Assembly (NCBI GenBank): GCA_043228905.1
Contig: JBHGNT010000011.1
Location: forward strand, 13,454,001 to 13,518,000
Direction of reading: 5' to 3'
Length of the DNA stretch: 64,000 bases
From: Azolla caroliniana
Taxonomy: Eukaryota > Plantae > Polypodiophyta
The notes under the pieces were generated by a model. It did no database searches, was not told where the DNA came from, and was given only the letters and a program-made list of their open reading frames with translations. This document shows positions 36,516 to 50,231 of the stretch, in pieces. Numbering within the stretch: the first letter of the stretch is position 1; each line of letters opens with the position of its first letter. A program made the position numbers and the translations under genes.

Positions 36516-37191
36516 AGATGGATGTGGCTTAGTTGGGAAGGTTGCCCAATGGAGACCAGGTGGTCATGGGTTCAACCCCTCCATTCCACAAGGTGGCATC
36601 TAGTAAATTAAGAGATATATTAGAAGTATATAATAGAGAGGTGAGGAAGTTGTAGGAGGAGGGGATGACTTTGGTGATAAAAGCACAAGAGGTGCTTTTT
36701 TCCTCCAACGGCAATGTCCACTCCATTCCTCCTAATGACAAATCTCAAGAGGTGTTGGAATTGGTCAACCCAATAACCCTTTGGATTCTATAGAAACAAC
36801 GATGTAGGCGAGTCTTCTCCAACCAAACCGCCCATCTAACAAGGTTACTGCAAAAGATATGGAGTAAAATTGTAGCCACTCTGAAGAGCCAATATGATGG
36901 CCTTAAGGGCGGCTCTGAGGGAGTTGAAAGACAACGCATAGCCTTCATCCAACAATGGTCGTCCTCTCCCTTTCTTGAGTCAGTGGGCATCCACATAAGA
37001 TGGAACTATCGCGTCCCTTTAGGGATTTGTACATAATCGTCTCATTTGTAAAATTTTATAACTAATGGAAGGAGTTTCCTTTTTTGGAAAAAAAAAGAAA
37101 AAAAAAAGAAAGGTGAGGAAGTTGGGTTTCGAACCCAAAATGTAGTGCTTGTGGTAGTGCTAACAACTTACCACTAGGGTAAGGTAATTAC

Positions 37192-37192
<1 letters not shown>
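36516..37192. repeat. Second copy of the convergent double tRNA-like element, within (GA)n and split by a LINE
   Basis: A box TGGCTTAGTTGG and B box GGTTCAACCCC on +; CCTAGTGG..GGTTCGAAACCC on -. Confidence 0.78.
36653..37110 (+). mobile_element. 5'-truncated L1-type LINE
   Basis: 14-bp TSD AGGTGAGGAAGTTG (36639-36652, 37111-37124); T(n)GGA(n) tail. Confidence 0.92.

Positions 37193-37194
<2 letters not shown>

Positions 37195-37246
<52 letters not shown>
37195..37246. repeat. (GA)n microsatellite
   Basis: Read directly from the sequence. Confidence 0.95.
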
Positions 37247-37248
<2 letters not shown>

Positions 37249-37724
37249 CTTTAAAAGTGGCCCATGAGACAATTGGTTTACAACAAAATTGGGGTATTTA
37301 CCCATTCATCAAAAATAAAAATAAAATAAAACTTAAGCTAAAGAATTCTACTAAAACAACATGATCTATGGCTTTATACTAGGCTTAGTTTCATTTCCAT
37401 CCAAGTCTCTCGAAAAGAAGCGGGAGGTCAAAGGGTTTCGATGTGGATGTGGCCTGTGATCCCAATGTAAAGGTACCCCAACCATAGCTTCTAGGCGGCG
37501 TAGCTTACGTTCCCTTATCTTCTTAATTGTTTCTACTCCACATCGAGTTGCTTAACGACTTCTAAAACCAAAATAGTCCCATGAGACAAATGGTACAATA
37601 ACGGGATGTGTACCTAATCATAAAAAATAAAAAATAAAAAAAAATAAAGTGGCTTAAAGGCACAATAATTGGATTTAAAAGGGAAATGAGTATATAAATA
37701 AGAGTTATATCATGGTACAAAAGT

Positions 37725-37726
<2 letters not shown>

Positions 37727-37791
<65 letters not shown>
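37727..37791. repeat. Compound (TA)n(GA)n microsatellite
   Basis: Read directly from the sequence. Confidence 0.95.
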
Positions 37792-37795
<4 letters not shown>

Positions 37796-39696
37796 AATTA
37801 GGGGTTTGCTTTTGGGATTAGCTCTAATGTGGCTTGGACTAGCAATTGGCAATTGCTTCTTTTGCATTGTTCAAATGGAGATAATACTCATCCTTTCATA
37901 TAATGTTCGATTGCTTGTCAAATTTGGAGTTACATTTCCCAAAATTGACAAGTTTTTTCATGGTGTTATTTGACGCCAAGACAATGGGTATTTGCACAAT
38001 TCACACATGTCAACCCAAATTAGAGATGGAGATCATTTTCCTATTTTTGAGATATTGGGGATTGTGTCATAATTGGGTATTTGAAATGCTTTGTATTTGA
38101 TGGTAGGCATGGATTCAGAGCATATCTACGAAAGTTGAAGAGAGTACTAATGTAACAATTTTCTTTATTGAAGTAAGTGAAAATTCTCTCATTGGAGGAG
38201 TTTTCATCTTGCATGTTGGCAATTTGACATGTTCCACTACCCAAGTAATGATAACCATACTCCATTGTGACCATAAATCACTTACGTTTGTTAAGTTCAT
38301 AACTCTTTTATAGGTGTTGGTTGGTCATGTTGGGGATTTGAAACCATGGCTTAGAAATCCCTTCACACATTGCATGTGAACGAAGGTAGGTCCATGTAGG
38401 CAAGATAGGATGAGCTCATCATACCATCTTTGCATGTAATCTCTTTTGTTCATTAGGCCAAGTTCCAACCCACGGTGGTGAATGCCAGTTACTATGTACA
38501 AATTTGATGGTCTTGTTTTATCAAAAATATAAATAGTTGTATTTTGATGTGATGTTGTACTTCTTTCATTGTCATCTAAACTCTAGAGTACTTTTTGGTT
38601 TGAGTTACTCCATATTATCCATAGAATGTGTTGTGCATACAATTTTAGAAGCTAAAATAATGATCCAATCTCCATAATAACATTTTGTTTGCAGTTGGCA
38701 TAATAACTCGGATGAGATGATAACATAGTTTCATAGATATGTTTTTTGTCAATTCATAAGAATGGCATAGTTACAACTTGTAAAAAGGACTTGTTGTGAT
38801 AGAGATCATGCATTTGTCATTTTTCTAACCTTGATCCATGTTATTAAACCTTCTTTGTAAATTGGAAATCAGTTAGGAGAAACATATTATTTTGTATGCC
38901 AAATTTACTTGAATTAAAGGTATGTTCATGTGCTAGGTGATAAATCATGACAACATGTGATCGTATGGAAACTTGTTGCTTATTTTGATTTAATATCCTT
39001 GATGTAAACAATAAAACAATGATATCATAAAAATCCCTTGTATAATTGATTATATCAATTCCACCGTTTGTAGTTTTATAAATATTACTAATTCGACTAT
39101 TCAAAAAGTAAAATCTAAAATATTGGTTGTCCATTTTTCATGAATTAATTCAAATGTGTTAGCTTTTGATGCATGCTTTATTTACTAACCATTAGAAACT
39201 ACAATTGGGGCATTAATCACATTATCTAAAGCAAAATATTGATATGAGTTACGTTATTAATCTCTTGGTTTAGTTTACTGGAAGATTAGCGTGAAAGGAA
39301 TTTAAGTGCAATGCTAGATAGTAGATATGAATAACAATGCTAACAATCCATTAGGTGTGAAACATCAAAATTCAAGTGCATTAAATTGGTAAATGTGTTA
39401 ACCATTGACACTAACTTACTGCATGAAAGGGAACCTTGGAATAAATTCTAATATGGGATTTTTGTTCTCTAGTTGCTCCATTAAGGCCTGTGAGTTCCAA
39501 CTCCCCTTTATGTTGTAATCACATTGAGCACCTTATATAGTCATTCTGTCTCTACTTTATCCCACCTTATAATCAATATGATATGTCTCTACTTTATCTA
39601 TGGTTTTCACACTGCCTTAACTAATTGTTTTTGCATTCCTCATATTTATGTGAAATATAATAAGGTGTTAGAGTGCTAAGGTTCTTCATTTGCTAC

Positions 39697-40418
39697 CATA
39701 GATTGACACATGCGTGATATTCGTCATATTCTCCATGCGTGTTATTCTCAATATTCGAGAATACAAAATGGCCCTAAGAATATTTAAAAACCATTCGTTT
39801 TGTAAAATAAATATACAAACAATTAATTAATTAATTAATTTAAAAATAAATAAATTTAATTCACTAAAAAAAAGAACAATTATTCATTAATAATTTATAA
39901 AAATATGATTAGTATAAACTCTCCTTTCTAGTGTCAAATAAAAAAAGAGGAGAGTTTATGAACCTTTATTTTATTTAAATAATTGATTTTTTATTTTTAA
40001 AAAACGAATATTTTTTTATTTACTATGAAAACATGATTAATGTGAAGTCTCAATTTTAATGTCACGTAAAAATATCCATAAATTTTGGGAAAAGAAAAGG
40101 TGAAGAATTAATGAACCTTTCTTTTATTTTATTTATTTATTAAAAATAAAGCGAAAATTTATTTTATTTTATTTATTTATTTGGTAAAGAATCAAGATCT
40201 CCAATGAAAATTTATTTCTGTCAAGTCTTTCTCAACTCTCTATTTTATTACCCCCTTTTTATTGTCAAGTCCCCCTTTTTTTCCTAAGAAACTAAAAGGA
40301 GGGAGTTCACCTCCTTTTTTTCCTTTTTTTTTTAAACGAATACTTGACCACACGAATGTATGCGTATTCGTTTGCATTCGAATGGAAAATCCCACGAATG
40401 CGAATATGTCAATCTATG
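39697..40418. mobile_element. Non-autonomous hAT-type MITE (722 bp)
   Basis: Perfect 12-bp TIR CATAGATTGACA/TGTCAATCTATG; perfect 8-bp TSD TTTGCTAC; subterminal ATTCG/CGAAT motifs; AT-rich core. Confidence 0.93.
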
Positions 40419-41030
40419 TTTGCTACATAATAAAAGTAGGAGAAGAGGATAGCTATAGAGGCGATTGCAAAAACATGGTTATTTGGTATCTAGCAAAAGA
40501 TGTAAACAAGTGCAAGTAGTCATTGCTCGATATATCTCCTATAGCACAATATCCAAAAACAATGCAAAACATCCTAACTTATTGAAGCTCTCATCCTATT
40601 AGAGACATTGACATTGTTCCAAAAACCCTTTCATCATGAAAGAGCAACCACTTTGTCTTGTCACACATGAAGTCAACCCAATATATCACCAATGTGACAT
40701 TTCTAGTGATAATACTAGTTTCAGATGCAACAACCCGAGGTATCCAATATTGATCTACATGACCCATCCATGGTCTTCTTTTCAATCTCAAGCTAGAGCC
40801 ACTCTATAGGCCTCACAACTAATTCAAGTCTTTTTCAAGCACAATTTGGTGGATGCCAATGTATATAGAATAATAGAAGAAAGGGGGAGTTGCTCAATGT
40901 CACTCCCAAGTTCAAGAGCTTGTATGAGGAACTTAGGGCTTAGACGGTGTGCGCCATTGTGTTGCATGTCATCCTATAGATATATATATTTTTTGTGTGC
41001 CATATATAATAGAGAGAGAGAGAGAGAGAG

Positions 41031-41280
41031 TAGAATATAATAGATAGTTTTATCATCCATGATGAGGCTAGTTTTGACCTTTGGGATCAAATCAACATAT
41101 CATCCTGTATGTGACTCCCAAGGCATTAGATTTCTCGTGAATCACCTTATAAGCTAAGCATGCTCTAAGTAAATGATATTCATCCTCCATTAGGTGTTCA
41201 TTGCATATCTTCATATTTGGGTGATGATGCCATGATGTTACCTCAACACCTAACTTGTGTGAGCAAGTCCGCATAAGTTT
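41031..41280 (-). mobile_element. 3' fragment of an RTE-X/CR1-L2-like LINE
   Basis: MRTCSHKLGVEVTSW..MEDEYHLLRAC; 3' end homologous to about 31470-31530; abuts (GA)n. Confidence 0.7.
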
Positions 41281-41367
41281 TTTAAGGCTCCTCAAAACCT
41301 AAGGCCTTTTTTTTCTTGTAGTGGGGCATACATTGTTGGGGTTAATCTTGCCCCTTTGCCCCTAGTC

Positions 41368-42530
41368 TTTTTTTTCCAAAAAAAAACTCCTTCCATTAGT
41401 TATAAAATTTTACAAACGAGAAAGTTATATACAAATCCTAGTAGGGGCATGATAGTTCCATCTTATGTGGAGGCCCACTGACTCAATAAAGGGAGAGGAC
41501 GACCATTGTTGGATGAAGGCTAGTTGTTATCTTTTAGCTCCATCAGTTCCACCTGTGAGGCCATCATATTGACTCTTTAGTGTGGCTACGACTTCACTCC
41601 ATATCTCCTCTGGTAACATCGCTTGATGCATGGTTTGACTAGAGATGTCCCACCTACACCATAATTTGTTTCCATATAAGCAAAAGTGTTATTGGCCTTA
41701 CCAACTCCAACACAACTTGAGCTTTGACATTAATAGGAGTTGAATGGATAATTTTAGGTGGTGGAAACAAGATCTCTTGTGCCTGAATCACCAACGTCAT
41801 CCCCTCTTCATGTTCGTATCTGTCAACTAGGGATTGCCATGATAACCAACATAGATTCCCCCACTTGATTGCGCCTTGCACCTAGCATAATTGCAATAGG
41901 TGGTAACCCCCCCCCATGTATTTGGGCATGCTACACAATTAGGAGAGCTAAGGATTCCACATTGCCACGCTCCAACCAGTAGCCATTGGAATCTGGTAAT
42001 TTGTTTAGCGTGTTGTTGTTTCCACAGTTGCTGCAAAAACTTGGTAATAGTTGTATGGGGAACATGTTATGTGTGCCATATCTTTGCAATAGTCGAATCT
42101 CTAGCGGTTTGAGCAACTAGGATGTAGTGACCCAATCTAGTCGTGAATTGGAAGAAATGGATGGCTTTGCTTCCTTGGAATGCATAAGGATTGTGCCACA
42201 TCCATTGCAAAGGGTCCCAACTGACCTTACGTAGCTATTTGTTTTCATGAGTACAATTGTGCCATTATGGTTGTACTTTGATCCGATGGGGATCTACAAT
42301 TCACTTACGACCTGTATATGCGAGTACTTGAATTTCCATGTTTGATGTTAGTGCCTCATTCTCTCACAATTCATGGTTGTGGATCTTATCCGGTGTTTAC
42401 TTACCTCTTGCATCCTTAATGCCTTTAGTAATATATCTTGATGAATGGTCACATACTTCATAACATCACCTGATAGCTCCAATAGATCTATTACTCCCCA
42501 TAACTTAAACCATTTCATAATGTCAAGCAC
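41368..42530 (-). mobile_element. 5'-truncated L1-type LINE; right boundary approximate
   Basis: Reverse-complement homology to 23501-24422; tail TTTTTTTTCCAAAAAAAAA on +. Confidence 0.85.
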
Positions 42531-42599
42531 CCAACCACATAAAAGGATTTTGCTCTTATTAGTTTTTTGTACCTTGCATCCTATGTTCCAAGCTTCTTC

Positions 42600-43190
42600 T
42601 TTTTTTTCCTTGAAATTTTTTCTTCAATAGTATTAAAAAACATCTAAAGACCACAAGTTGAAGTTATCTGCCCATAGGCTTACAACGTAGAATAAAAGAC
42701 ATGTATGTGCACCAAAACCTGTACATACAAAGACAACTTATACAGGGGTGTTGAACCTTGATATGGTACATTTGCATGATGTTTATATATTCAAGAAAGG
42801 GTCCATGGAAGTTGATAGTTCCATTGAGGTCCTTGATTTGACACTACGAAGAGGGGCAACTTCCTCCATAAGTGAAGAAGCTTCATCCTTCTCTTATGAA
42901 TATTTTTTGGAGAACCATTTATATTATCATACTGCCCACGGACTACTGTCAGTAGTGTTTCCCATATCTCAAGTAGTACATCTAAAGGGCCAAGCTTTAT
43001 TGCATCATAAAGTCGACTGCATCTACATTTTCACAATACCCATAAAGTTACCGTAGTCACAGTTTTCCAAACCTGGACAGATCGCACCTGCTTTTGAGGT
43101 TGCTGAAACAGACTAACCAATATCAATCTTCTGTTGTGTATCGTCATTGCCTCTTGAATATAGTTTGCCTCATACAACATCAATGTTAGA
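42600..43190 (-). mobile_element. Older L1-type LINE 3' fragment
   Basis: Minus-strand translation KCRCSRLY..LLEIWETLLTVVRGQYD..WNYQLPW matches the C-terminus of the other L1 copies. Confidence 0.65.
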
Positions 43191-43202
43191 GACATAGACT
43201 AA

Positions 43203-43620
43203 TGTAAGCATTAGATAAGGATAGAATATAGATAGATAGATAGAAAGGAGAGAGAGAAAGAAGGGTGCCGATCCACCCGACCACCCCCCAGCGAAGGGAT
43301 CGAGACAGACTTGAGCCTCGATTGGCGTCCCATACTACCGCCGTGGCGTCGAGTCGTACCTGGTGCTGGTGCGCTCGCTACAAGAGTTGACCCACCACAA
43401 GATAGAGTCTCGACGTAGTCAACAAGCTGATCAAATGAGGGTAGCTAGGCCTCTTATTTATAGCGATACCCAAGGCCCCCATGCCCGTAACAATCAAGCT
43501 GGAATGTAAAATTCCCCACACCGTTGCTCCCCATGAGAACAAGCAACCAACATTGATGGTTAGGAATAAAGAAAGATCTTTATTCCATACTTGTTGAGTC
43601 ATCCTTATAGTGGACTATCA
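43203..43620 (-). repeat. Chromovirus-family LTR; right end approximate
   Basis: Collinear with 15844-16130 (TGTAAGCA..GGAGAGAGAGAAAG..GATCCACCC..CTCGCTACAAGAGTTGACCCACCACAA). Confidence 0.8.
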
Positions 43621-43834
43621 TGCTTTGTTGAAACAAGAATGCCCCGTTTGGGTAGTAGTGGATTGAAAGCATGCATTTTTATGACCTCTTTTACCAGAGT
43701 TGATGAGTCAAATGGGTAAAGTGTTGGTATCTCCACATCCAAATGCTAAAAATACGTGTGAATTTTGTGTGGAACACACTTGGTATGAAAGGCTTTGTTT
43801 TTAATTGATGTGGGAGACAATTCAATAGGCCTAG

Positions 43835-44307
43835 TGTTAAGAGTCTATTACTAATCAATAGACCAAAATAAAGTAAAACGAAGGAAAATAGATTAGATAG
43901 AAGAATCCGTTCCACCCGACCACCCCCGAGCTATGATCTAGACATAGCCAACCTACCACTAATGTCCCATACCGTTGGATATTAGGATGACTAATACCTT
44001 GGAAGAGATAAAACGATCGTCGAGACGAAAGCCTAGCCCGCGCCACCGTGTCTAAAACAGCAGCCTTCCGATGTAATATGTTTATGAGGGTAGCTATGCC
44101 TCATATTTATACCTCTTCCTATGCCCCATGAATAGATGTGCCTTTTTAAAAGACTCTCCATTCATTGGCTGTCAAGACCATGATAGTGTATGCACATACC
44201 ATTCCTTCTATCCAATCACATTAGTCCATTTCTAACATTAATGAACATACCCTTCAGTTATGTACATATTAGTGACCTACCCTCACCTACGTTATGTGTA
44301 CATAACA
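43835..44307 (-). mobile_element. Solo LTR (473 bp), related chromovirus family
   Basis: TGTTA..TAACA ends; perfect TSD CCTAG; shares CCACCCGACCACCCCC and ATGAGGGTAG motifs. Confidence 0.9.
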
Positions 44308-45090
44308 CCTAGTATCAATTTGTTGTTGATAGAGATTGACATCATGTATATGGCAAGTCGAAGGGGAAATCAATGAATATGAAACATAATAGTTTTCCCA
44401 CTACTCGTGATACAACTTGGCAAAGATAGTTCATGGACAAGGGAGGGTCCTCGAAAAGTTCCTTGACAACCACAATTTAGAGATAAGGGATTACCCCTTC
44501 AATTTTAATTAGATTCATTGGGATGGGTTGTAAATCCATTGAACCCCTGAGGTTTTCGTCAAGTGGGAGGACCTAAGCAAAAGGTTTTTGTTAACAACCC
44601 TAGGGATGTGGTGCATGAAAAATATGTGGCATTAGAACACGCTTTGACTAGTTTTATGACATCAATTGCTTTAAAGGTGCATGTGCATCCATAACATTGT
44701 TGATTGAATGAAAGTGGTAACATGAAATGTGACAACAACATGTTCTCCTTATAACAAGTATATATTATTGGAAACCTTGTTGACTAGAGAATGGGATATA
44801 TTATGTGTAGTTGAGCATAAGTGTCACGCATTAGTAGGGTCCACAATTCATTTATGTGTATATTCATCATTCTATACATTATTCAGATTTATGACATCTT
44901 AGTAATCATTATTCAGATTTAGTACTAATTATGCGGGATAAATATTGCCCTCAAGTTATACATAACAATCCTTATGGTTGGTTTTTGGTTAAAGAAATCA
45001 TTTATATGGTTGGTGGAGAATCATGTCCCTAACCAAGCCACTCAACATATTTCATTATGGGGCTCATTCTTCAAACTCTATTTGGGCTTG

Positions 45091-45549
45091 TGTAGGATCT
45101 ATGTATCGACGGAATTAACTCCTCGATGTTGTTTGTGGAGTTCGGATCGGCATATACCCTTTTGATGGCGAATCGGGCGGAGATGGTTGTTGGACACCTC
45201 CAAGCCTCACACTCACTTAACGATTAATAGATGATTAAGCACAATATCTCTCTCACTCTCTCAAGCTCGCTCTCATAGACAATAGGGTAATGAATGTAGA
45301 CAATAAGAGTAATGAATATGTTTATTAACCCTCTTTGCTAAGAGGTCTAGCACCAACAAGGAAGAGAGATTAGTGTTCTCTAACTAAACACCTCACTAAT
45401 ATCTCTTAAGCTTAAAGGTTACAAGAAGAAGGAGAGGAATCTCTAGCTCTTAATCAATAGGGAGATCTTTCAAATCGAAGAACCCTTACAAAGCCACCAC
45501 TACCATGTGGTTTATATAGCATTTACATTTAGGGTATGGACCTTTCACA
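45091..45549 (-). repeat. 3' LTR-like block (about 460 bp)
   Basis: TG..CA; CTATATAAA on the minus strand near 45515; preceded on the minus strand by a purine-rich tract ending CCAAG. Confidence 0.65.
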
Positions 45550-45647
45550 CTTGGGTTTCCTTTAGCCCTCTTTCCTCTTGCCATTTCCTCTTCGTAGGTC
45601 CTTTGGCCATACTACGTCCTTGTTAATGCGCTATTCTTCATGACTGA

Positions 45648-46712
45648 TCATGGTGCAATCCAAGCGCGTAACATCCCCAACAACCTAATGAGTGCACACA
45701 CCTGGGTGCACTGTGGGAGGGGAGCTTCGAGCGTCAGGGGCGAGAAGGATAGAGTAGGGGGGTTCATCGTGGGGTGGTCGGCGGCGAAGATGGTGGCGAA
45801 GACGTCGGATGTTGAGCGGCAGTAAATGGATTTCTTGTATTTGATCGGTCGTGGTGAAGAAGTCCTTCTTGGGGCCAACTATCCACGTGGAGGTGTTGTA
45901 GCTAGCGAAGGGAGAGGGGGGGGGGGGGTTCGACCAAAACTGATGTAAGCGGGAAAGAAGCGTGTGTCGATCATGGTTTCAAAATCCCGTTTGTGGATGG
46001 CGAGGAGCACGTTTACACGGGTCCAGAGGTTGACCAGTTGACGACGTGTGGGGCCTTTATTCAAATCAAATGTGAGACCCCACGCCGGGTGGTCGTGTTG
46101 CTTGAATGCAAGGGTCTCATAAGGGCTAGAGTCAAGGAGGATGAGTAGCAGTTGCAAAAAATGAAGGCTGGCTTGGATGTCGGGGTTAGGGACGTCAAGG
46201 TATGTACAGAGGAAACGTCGCATGACACGGATCATCACCTTCCATCGGAGATGTGCGAGGGGGTCGTGGAAACACGGGCTAGTTGAACTGGGGGGTGGGT
46301 AGTCATGCCTGGGCTACCTGAAATTCGTGCCATGGTCAACGTCGTGGGAGTGGAAAAAAGGAGGGGTTGGTGCGCATCTCTGGAGGGTGTAGGGCAAACC
46401 ATTCCCGGAAGGACGAGCACTCGAACTGGGGGAGCCACCATGGGGGTTGAGTGCCGGGTGGCTCGATGAGGGGGTTGACCACCTGGTGGTGCCATCCTCG
46501 AGTGGAGGTGGGGTTGGCAGTCGCCCAAGTACACATCTTATCTCGGTAAATGTGTGGGTAAAGGAAGATGTCGACTTCGGGTTTGGAGGCGACTTCGGGG
46601 TAGTAGGTGTAGAGGCGGGTGAGTAGTAGGGGGGTCTCGCAGAAATCCACCCCCACCAAACCGCACGTCCTCTAGTACGTGCCAAGAGGAGAGAGTGTGA
46701 GATTTCGGCTAT
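45648..46712 (-). pseudogene. Degenerate extra ORF (about 350 aa) of unknown function downstream of integrase
   Basis: Consecutive ORF pieces 46314-46721, 46336-46659, 45879-46238 and 45648-45878 tile the region between the IN stop and the LTR. Confidence 0.55.
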
Positions 46713-46717
46713 GGTGA

Positions 46718-49700
46718 TCAATCAGATTCCTCCACGTCCTCGTTCACATAACTCAAGTTTGTAGGTTCCGTCCTACTATCTTCATCGTCAAGGTGATCGA
46801 GGTCAAGATCCTCGTCTTGTATTTTCTTGAAAATCTTTACTCTTTTTCCCGTAATGGTTACGACCAACCTTGATCCGTCTAGCTCCGCAAGGTGGTATGT
46901 GGCATTGTTGTTGGCACTTGTCACCACATACGGTTTGAACCATCTTCTTACGAACTTCCTTGTTGTCCTGTGTTGATTGTCAAGGCTGCTATCATAGACC
47001 AATACCCAATCTCCTTCTTCGATCTTCTTGGGATCCAGTAGATGCGTCTTGTCGAATTGAATTTTGTTCTTCACTTAGGTTGCCTCCATCATCTTTTGCA
47101 CTTTTTCTAGATCTTCATGTCTCCTTTCAAGTTGCCTTATCCATGCCGCTAATAATTCTTCTCGGCTCATCTCGTTCTCCCATGGTATCGCTACCCATGA
47201 GGTGATCTTTCTTTCGATGGGCATTACCGGCTTCTGCCCATACATAAGCTCTATTGGCATATACCCTGTCACTGAACTGTGTGTAGTTTTATCTTTTATC
47301 GCCCCACAAGGCATAGGGCAATAGTCGTGGCCAATTCCCGACTTGACTGTTGCATGCTCATACGATGGCTTTGAAGATTGGTCCATACCCTCGCTCGATC
47401 TTCCCATTCACTTCAGGATTGTAGGCTGTTGTGAGGGAGACCTTCACGCCTAGTCGTTCGAAGAGCTCTGTTGCTTCGTGTGCATCCAACTCTCCTCGGT
47501 CAGCCACTATCTTTCCCACACATTCGTATCGGCAGACAACCTCTTTGAGTAGAAATTTGCAAACAGCTAACGTTGTCTTATTTACCAAGGCCCGTCCTTC
47601 CACTTGATTTGTTAGGTCTTCTCTTGCCAGTACTAAGTATTTCATTTGTCCCACTCCCATTGGCATCGAGACCAGATCCACCATCCATTTGAAGTATATG
47701 GTGAGCGGGTATGTCGGCCCTAACTCATCACAATGACGTATGTTCGAATGTACTTGCCAAGTTTCGCATGTGGACACAAAATGGAGTGCATCTTTGTACA
47801 TGCTTGGCCACCATTAGTTTTCCTTCAACTTTTCAAACGTCGCCCATGTTCCTCTATGACCCGCCCAAGGACTCTCATGGAATTCGGTCATCAACGTCAC
47901 TTGCTCTTCTTTCTTCACCACCACTCAACGTGGCATTCTTGTCCTTCTTTTTGGGTGTCGCCAGAGGAATCCTCCCTTCAAGAAGTATTGGTAAGCTTTC
48001 TTCCGGATTCGTAGAGCCTCCTCTTTCGTCAATGAAACATCCGCCGTCATTGTTCTTAAGAATCTACCGATCAATAACCACTCTCCTTCGTACCCGTCCT
48101 CATTGAAGGCGTGGGGGGTTAGCGTGTCCTTGTGTTCCGCCGATAGTCAGGCCATCTTGAAGAAGTCGAGGGTGACGTCTTCATCTTCCGAAACCATGTC
48201 ACTTTCATTCTCAAATCTAGCCCTCAACAGCATGTCAGCCATGGCATTCTTCTTTCCTACAATGTGGCATATCTCTTGGTTTAAAGACTTGATATAGGCG
48301 ATCCACCTTAGCATAGCTAGAACTGGTGTCGCACATCCTGAGATCATCCCGAGGATTGGGAGACAATCTGTCTCAATTATCACTTCCGACCCAATCAGGT
48401 AGTCTTTGTCCATCTTCACTGCAGACACAATACTCCAAAGTTCTCGCTTGACTTGGGCGTATCTTTGTTTTCGTTCGCTGAGAATCTTTGCTCTAAACCG
48501 GATGGAATACCATGCATTATCTTCTCCTTCTTGGTTGATGACCCACCCGATTCTGGTTGGGCTCGTATCTACAGTCACATAAATCGGCTTTCCTTCGGTA
48601 TAGTTGGCCTTCCTTAGTGCTGGAGCTTCAAGAAGTAGTTTCTTCAATCTTCGCATCGCGTTTGTATGCCGGTCTCGCCATTCGAACTTCACTCTTTTCT
48701 TTAGCAATCCATATAATGGCTTGGCGACATGAGCGTAGTGCGGAATCCAGACATGATAAAACGTGCATGCTCCAAGGAATCTTCAAACCTCTATTTGGGT
48801 TACACATTCTTTTTTCATGTCTTGGATCGCGTTCACCTTGGATGGCGAAGGCTTCCGGCCGTATGCTCCACACAAGTGACTTACCACCAAGATCTCCGGT
48901 TACCCGAATGCTGATTTTTCTCCCGAAAATGTCAAATTCTCATCTTCGAGTCTTTGGAGCACCTTCTCGCAATCTTTCATATGATCCACGATGAACTTTC
49001 TGCACGCTTCCTTATCTTTCAATTCATCCTTCTCCTCATCCGAACATCATTTTATCGGAATATCATCCAAGAATGGTATCGTGATGCCCAGGATGCAATC
49101 CTTCAAGACCTTGTTCATGGCATTCACCATATGAGCCACCGAGTTCGTTGCACCTTGAGGTAAGGTACACATCCGCACAACCCCAATCAGAGTCCTCATA
49201 GTTGTAATGTCACGATTGTCGACCGCCAACTGGAATTGATCGTATCCAAAGTAGAGATCGCCAATGGAGTAGATAGACCAGCCCGTAAACGCTTCGGCAA
49301 ATTCATCCACACTCGGACCGATTCCAACATTCCGAATTGTCACCTTGTTGACGGGTTGAAGATCTTGGATGAATCGCAATGATCCATTCTTCTTCGGCAC
49401 CGTGAACCACCTATTAGAATAGGGAGCATTCGCCGGTTCCAAAATTCCCATATCCACCTTCTCCTTTAAGAGCTCGATCAGCTTCGGTAGGTGTGCTCTC
49501 GGAACCGGTTTCGGTTTCAAATTCCAAGGCACGTGCGGCACCGTGAAGATCACCATCGGTTCTATCGTCCTTGGATAAACACATCAGATTTCTTGTGGGA
49601 AAAATGTGAAAGCCTTCCCATGTCTTTCAAGCATTCCGCGGAAAATTCGCTCCTCTTCAGGGATGAGGAAATCCCCCTTCTCAACTCGTAGCTTTCCTTT

Positions 49701-50231
49701 CATCTCTTTAGTGAAGACATGACCTATTGCCTTCGGATCCCTTAGGCTTGGATCATTAGCAACTTCCTTCATCGTTTGCTAGCTATCTTTTGGTAGCGGA
49801 ACCACAATTGGCTTGATCTTTCTATCCACCGTTTTATATTTTGTGTTGACTTCAGCTTCCTTCATCAAGATGCGTCAATGGTATTCATCGATGATAGCGT
49901 ACATGTTGACAAAGTTAACCGAAATCATGTGTTGATCGTGAAGATAGCTCAAGTCTACGACTTCCTCGATTTCGTCGATGGTGTCGTTAAATGAGGCCTC
50001 TTCCATAATATGAGTCATGAATTCTTCTTCTTAGATTATGTTTTCTTCTTTCAGCATCTTCTTGAAGTCTTGTATCTGACGCTTTTCCTTCTTGTTGGAT
50101 AGTACTAGTTTACATGCGCCACTAGGTGTGACACATGTTGCTTCTCCTAGCAATCCACGCGCTCTACTTTCTTGTGGGGACTTGTGATTGCTCATACTAT
50201 TTGTGCCCCATGCTTCAATAGTCCGCTCTAA
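46718..50231 (-). pseudogene. Gypsy pol (RT, RNase H, integrase with GPY/F-like C-terminus), decayed
   Basis: LRFIQDLQPVN, LPQGATNS, PFLDDIP (RT); YVTVDTSP, RYAQVKRE, IETDC (RH); WMVDL, ADRGE, YNPEVNGKIER (IN); RWFKPYVV. Confidence 0.93.

Noticed and set aside
36520-36600. Functional tRNA gene
   Set aside because: A and B boxes are present but no convincing acceptor or anticodon stems; treated as a tRNA-derived repeat
37900-39140. Short ORFs possibly from a decayed transposase or gene
   Set aside because: No motif recognised in any frame
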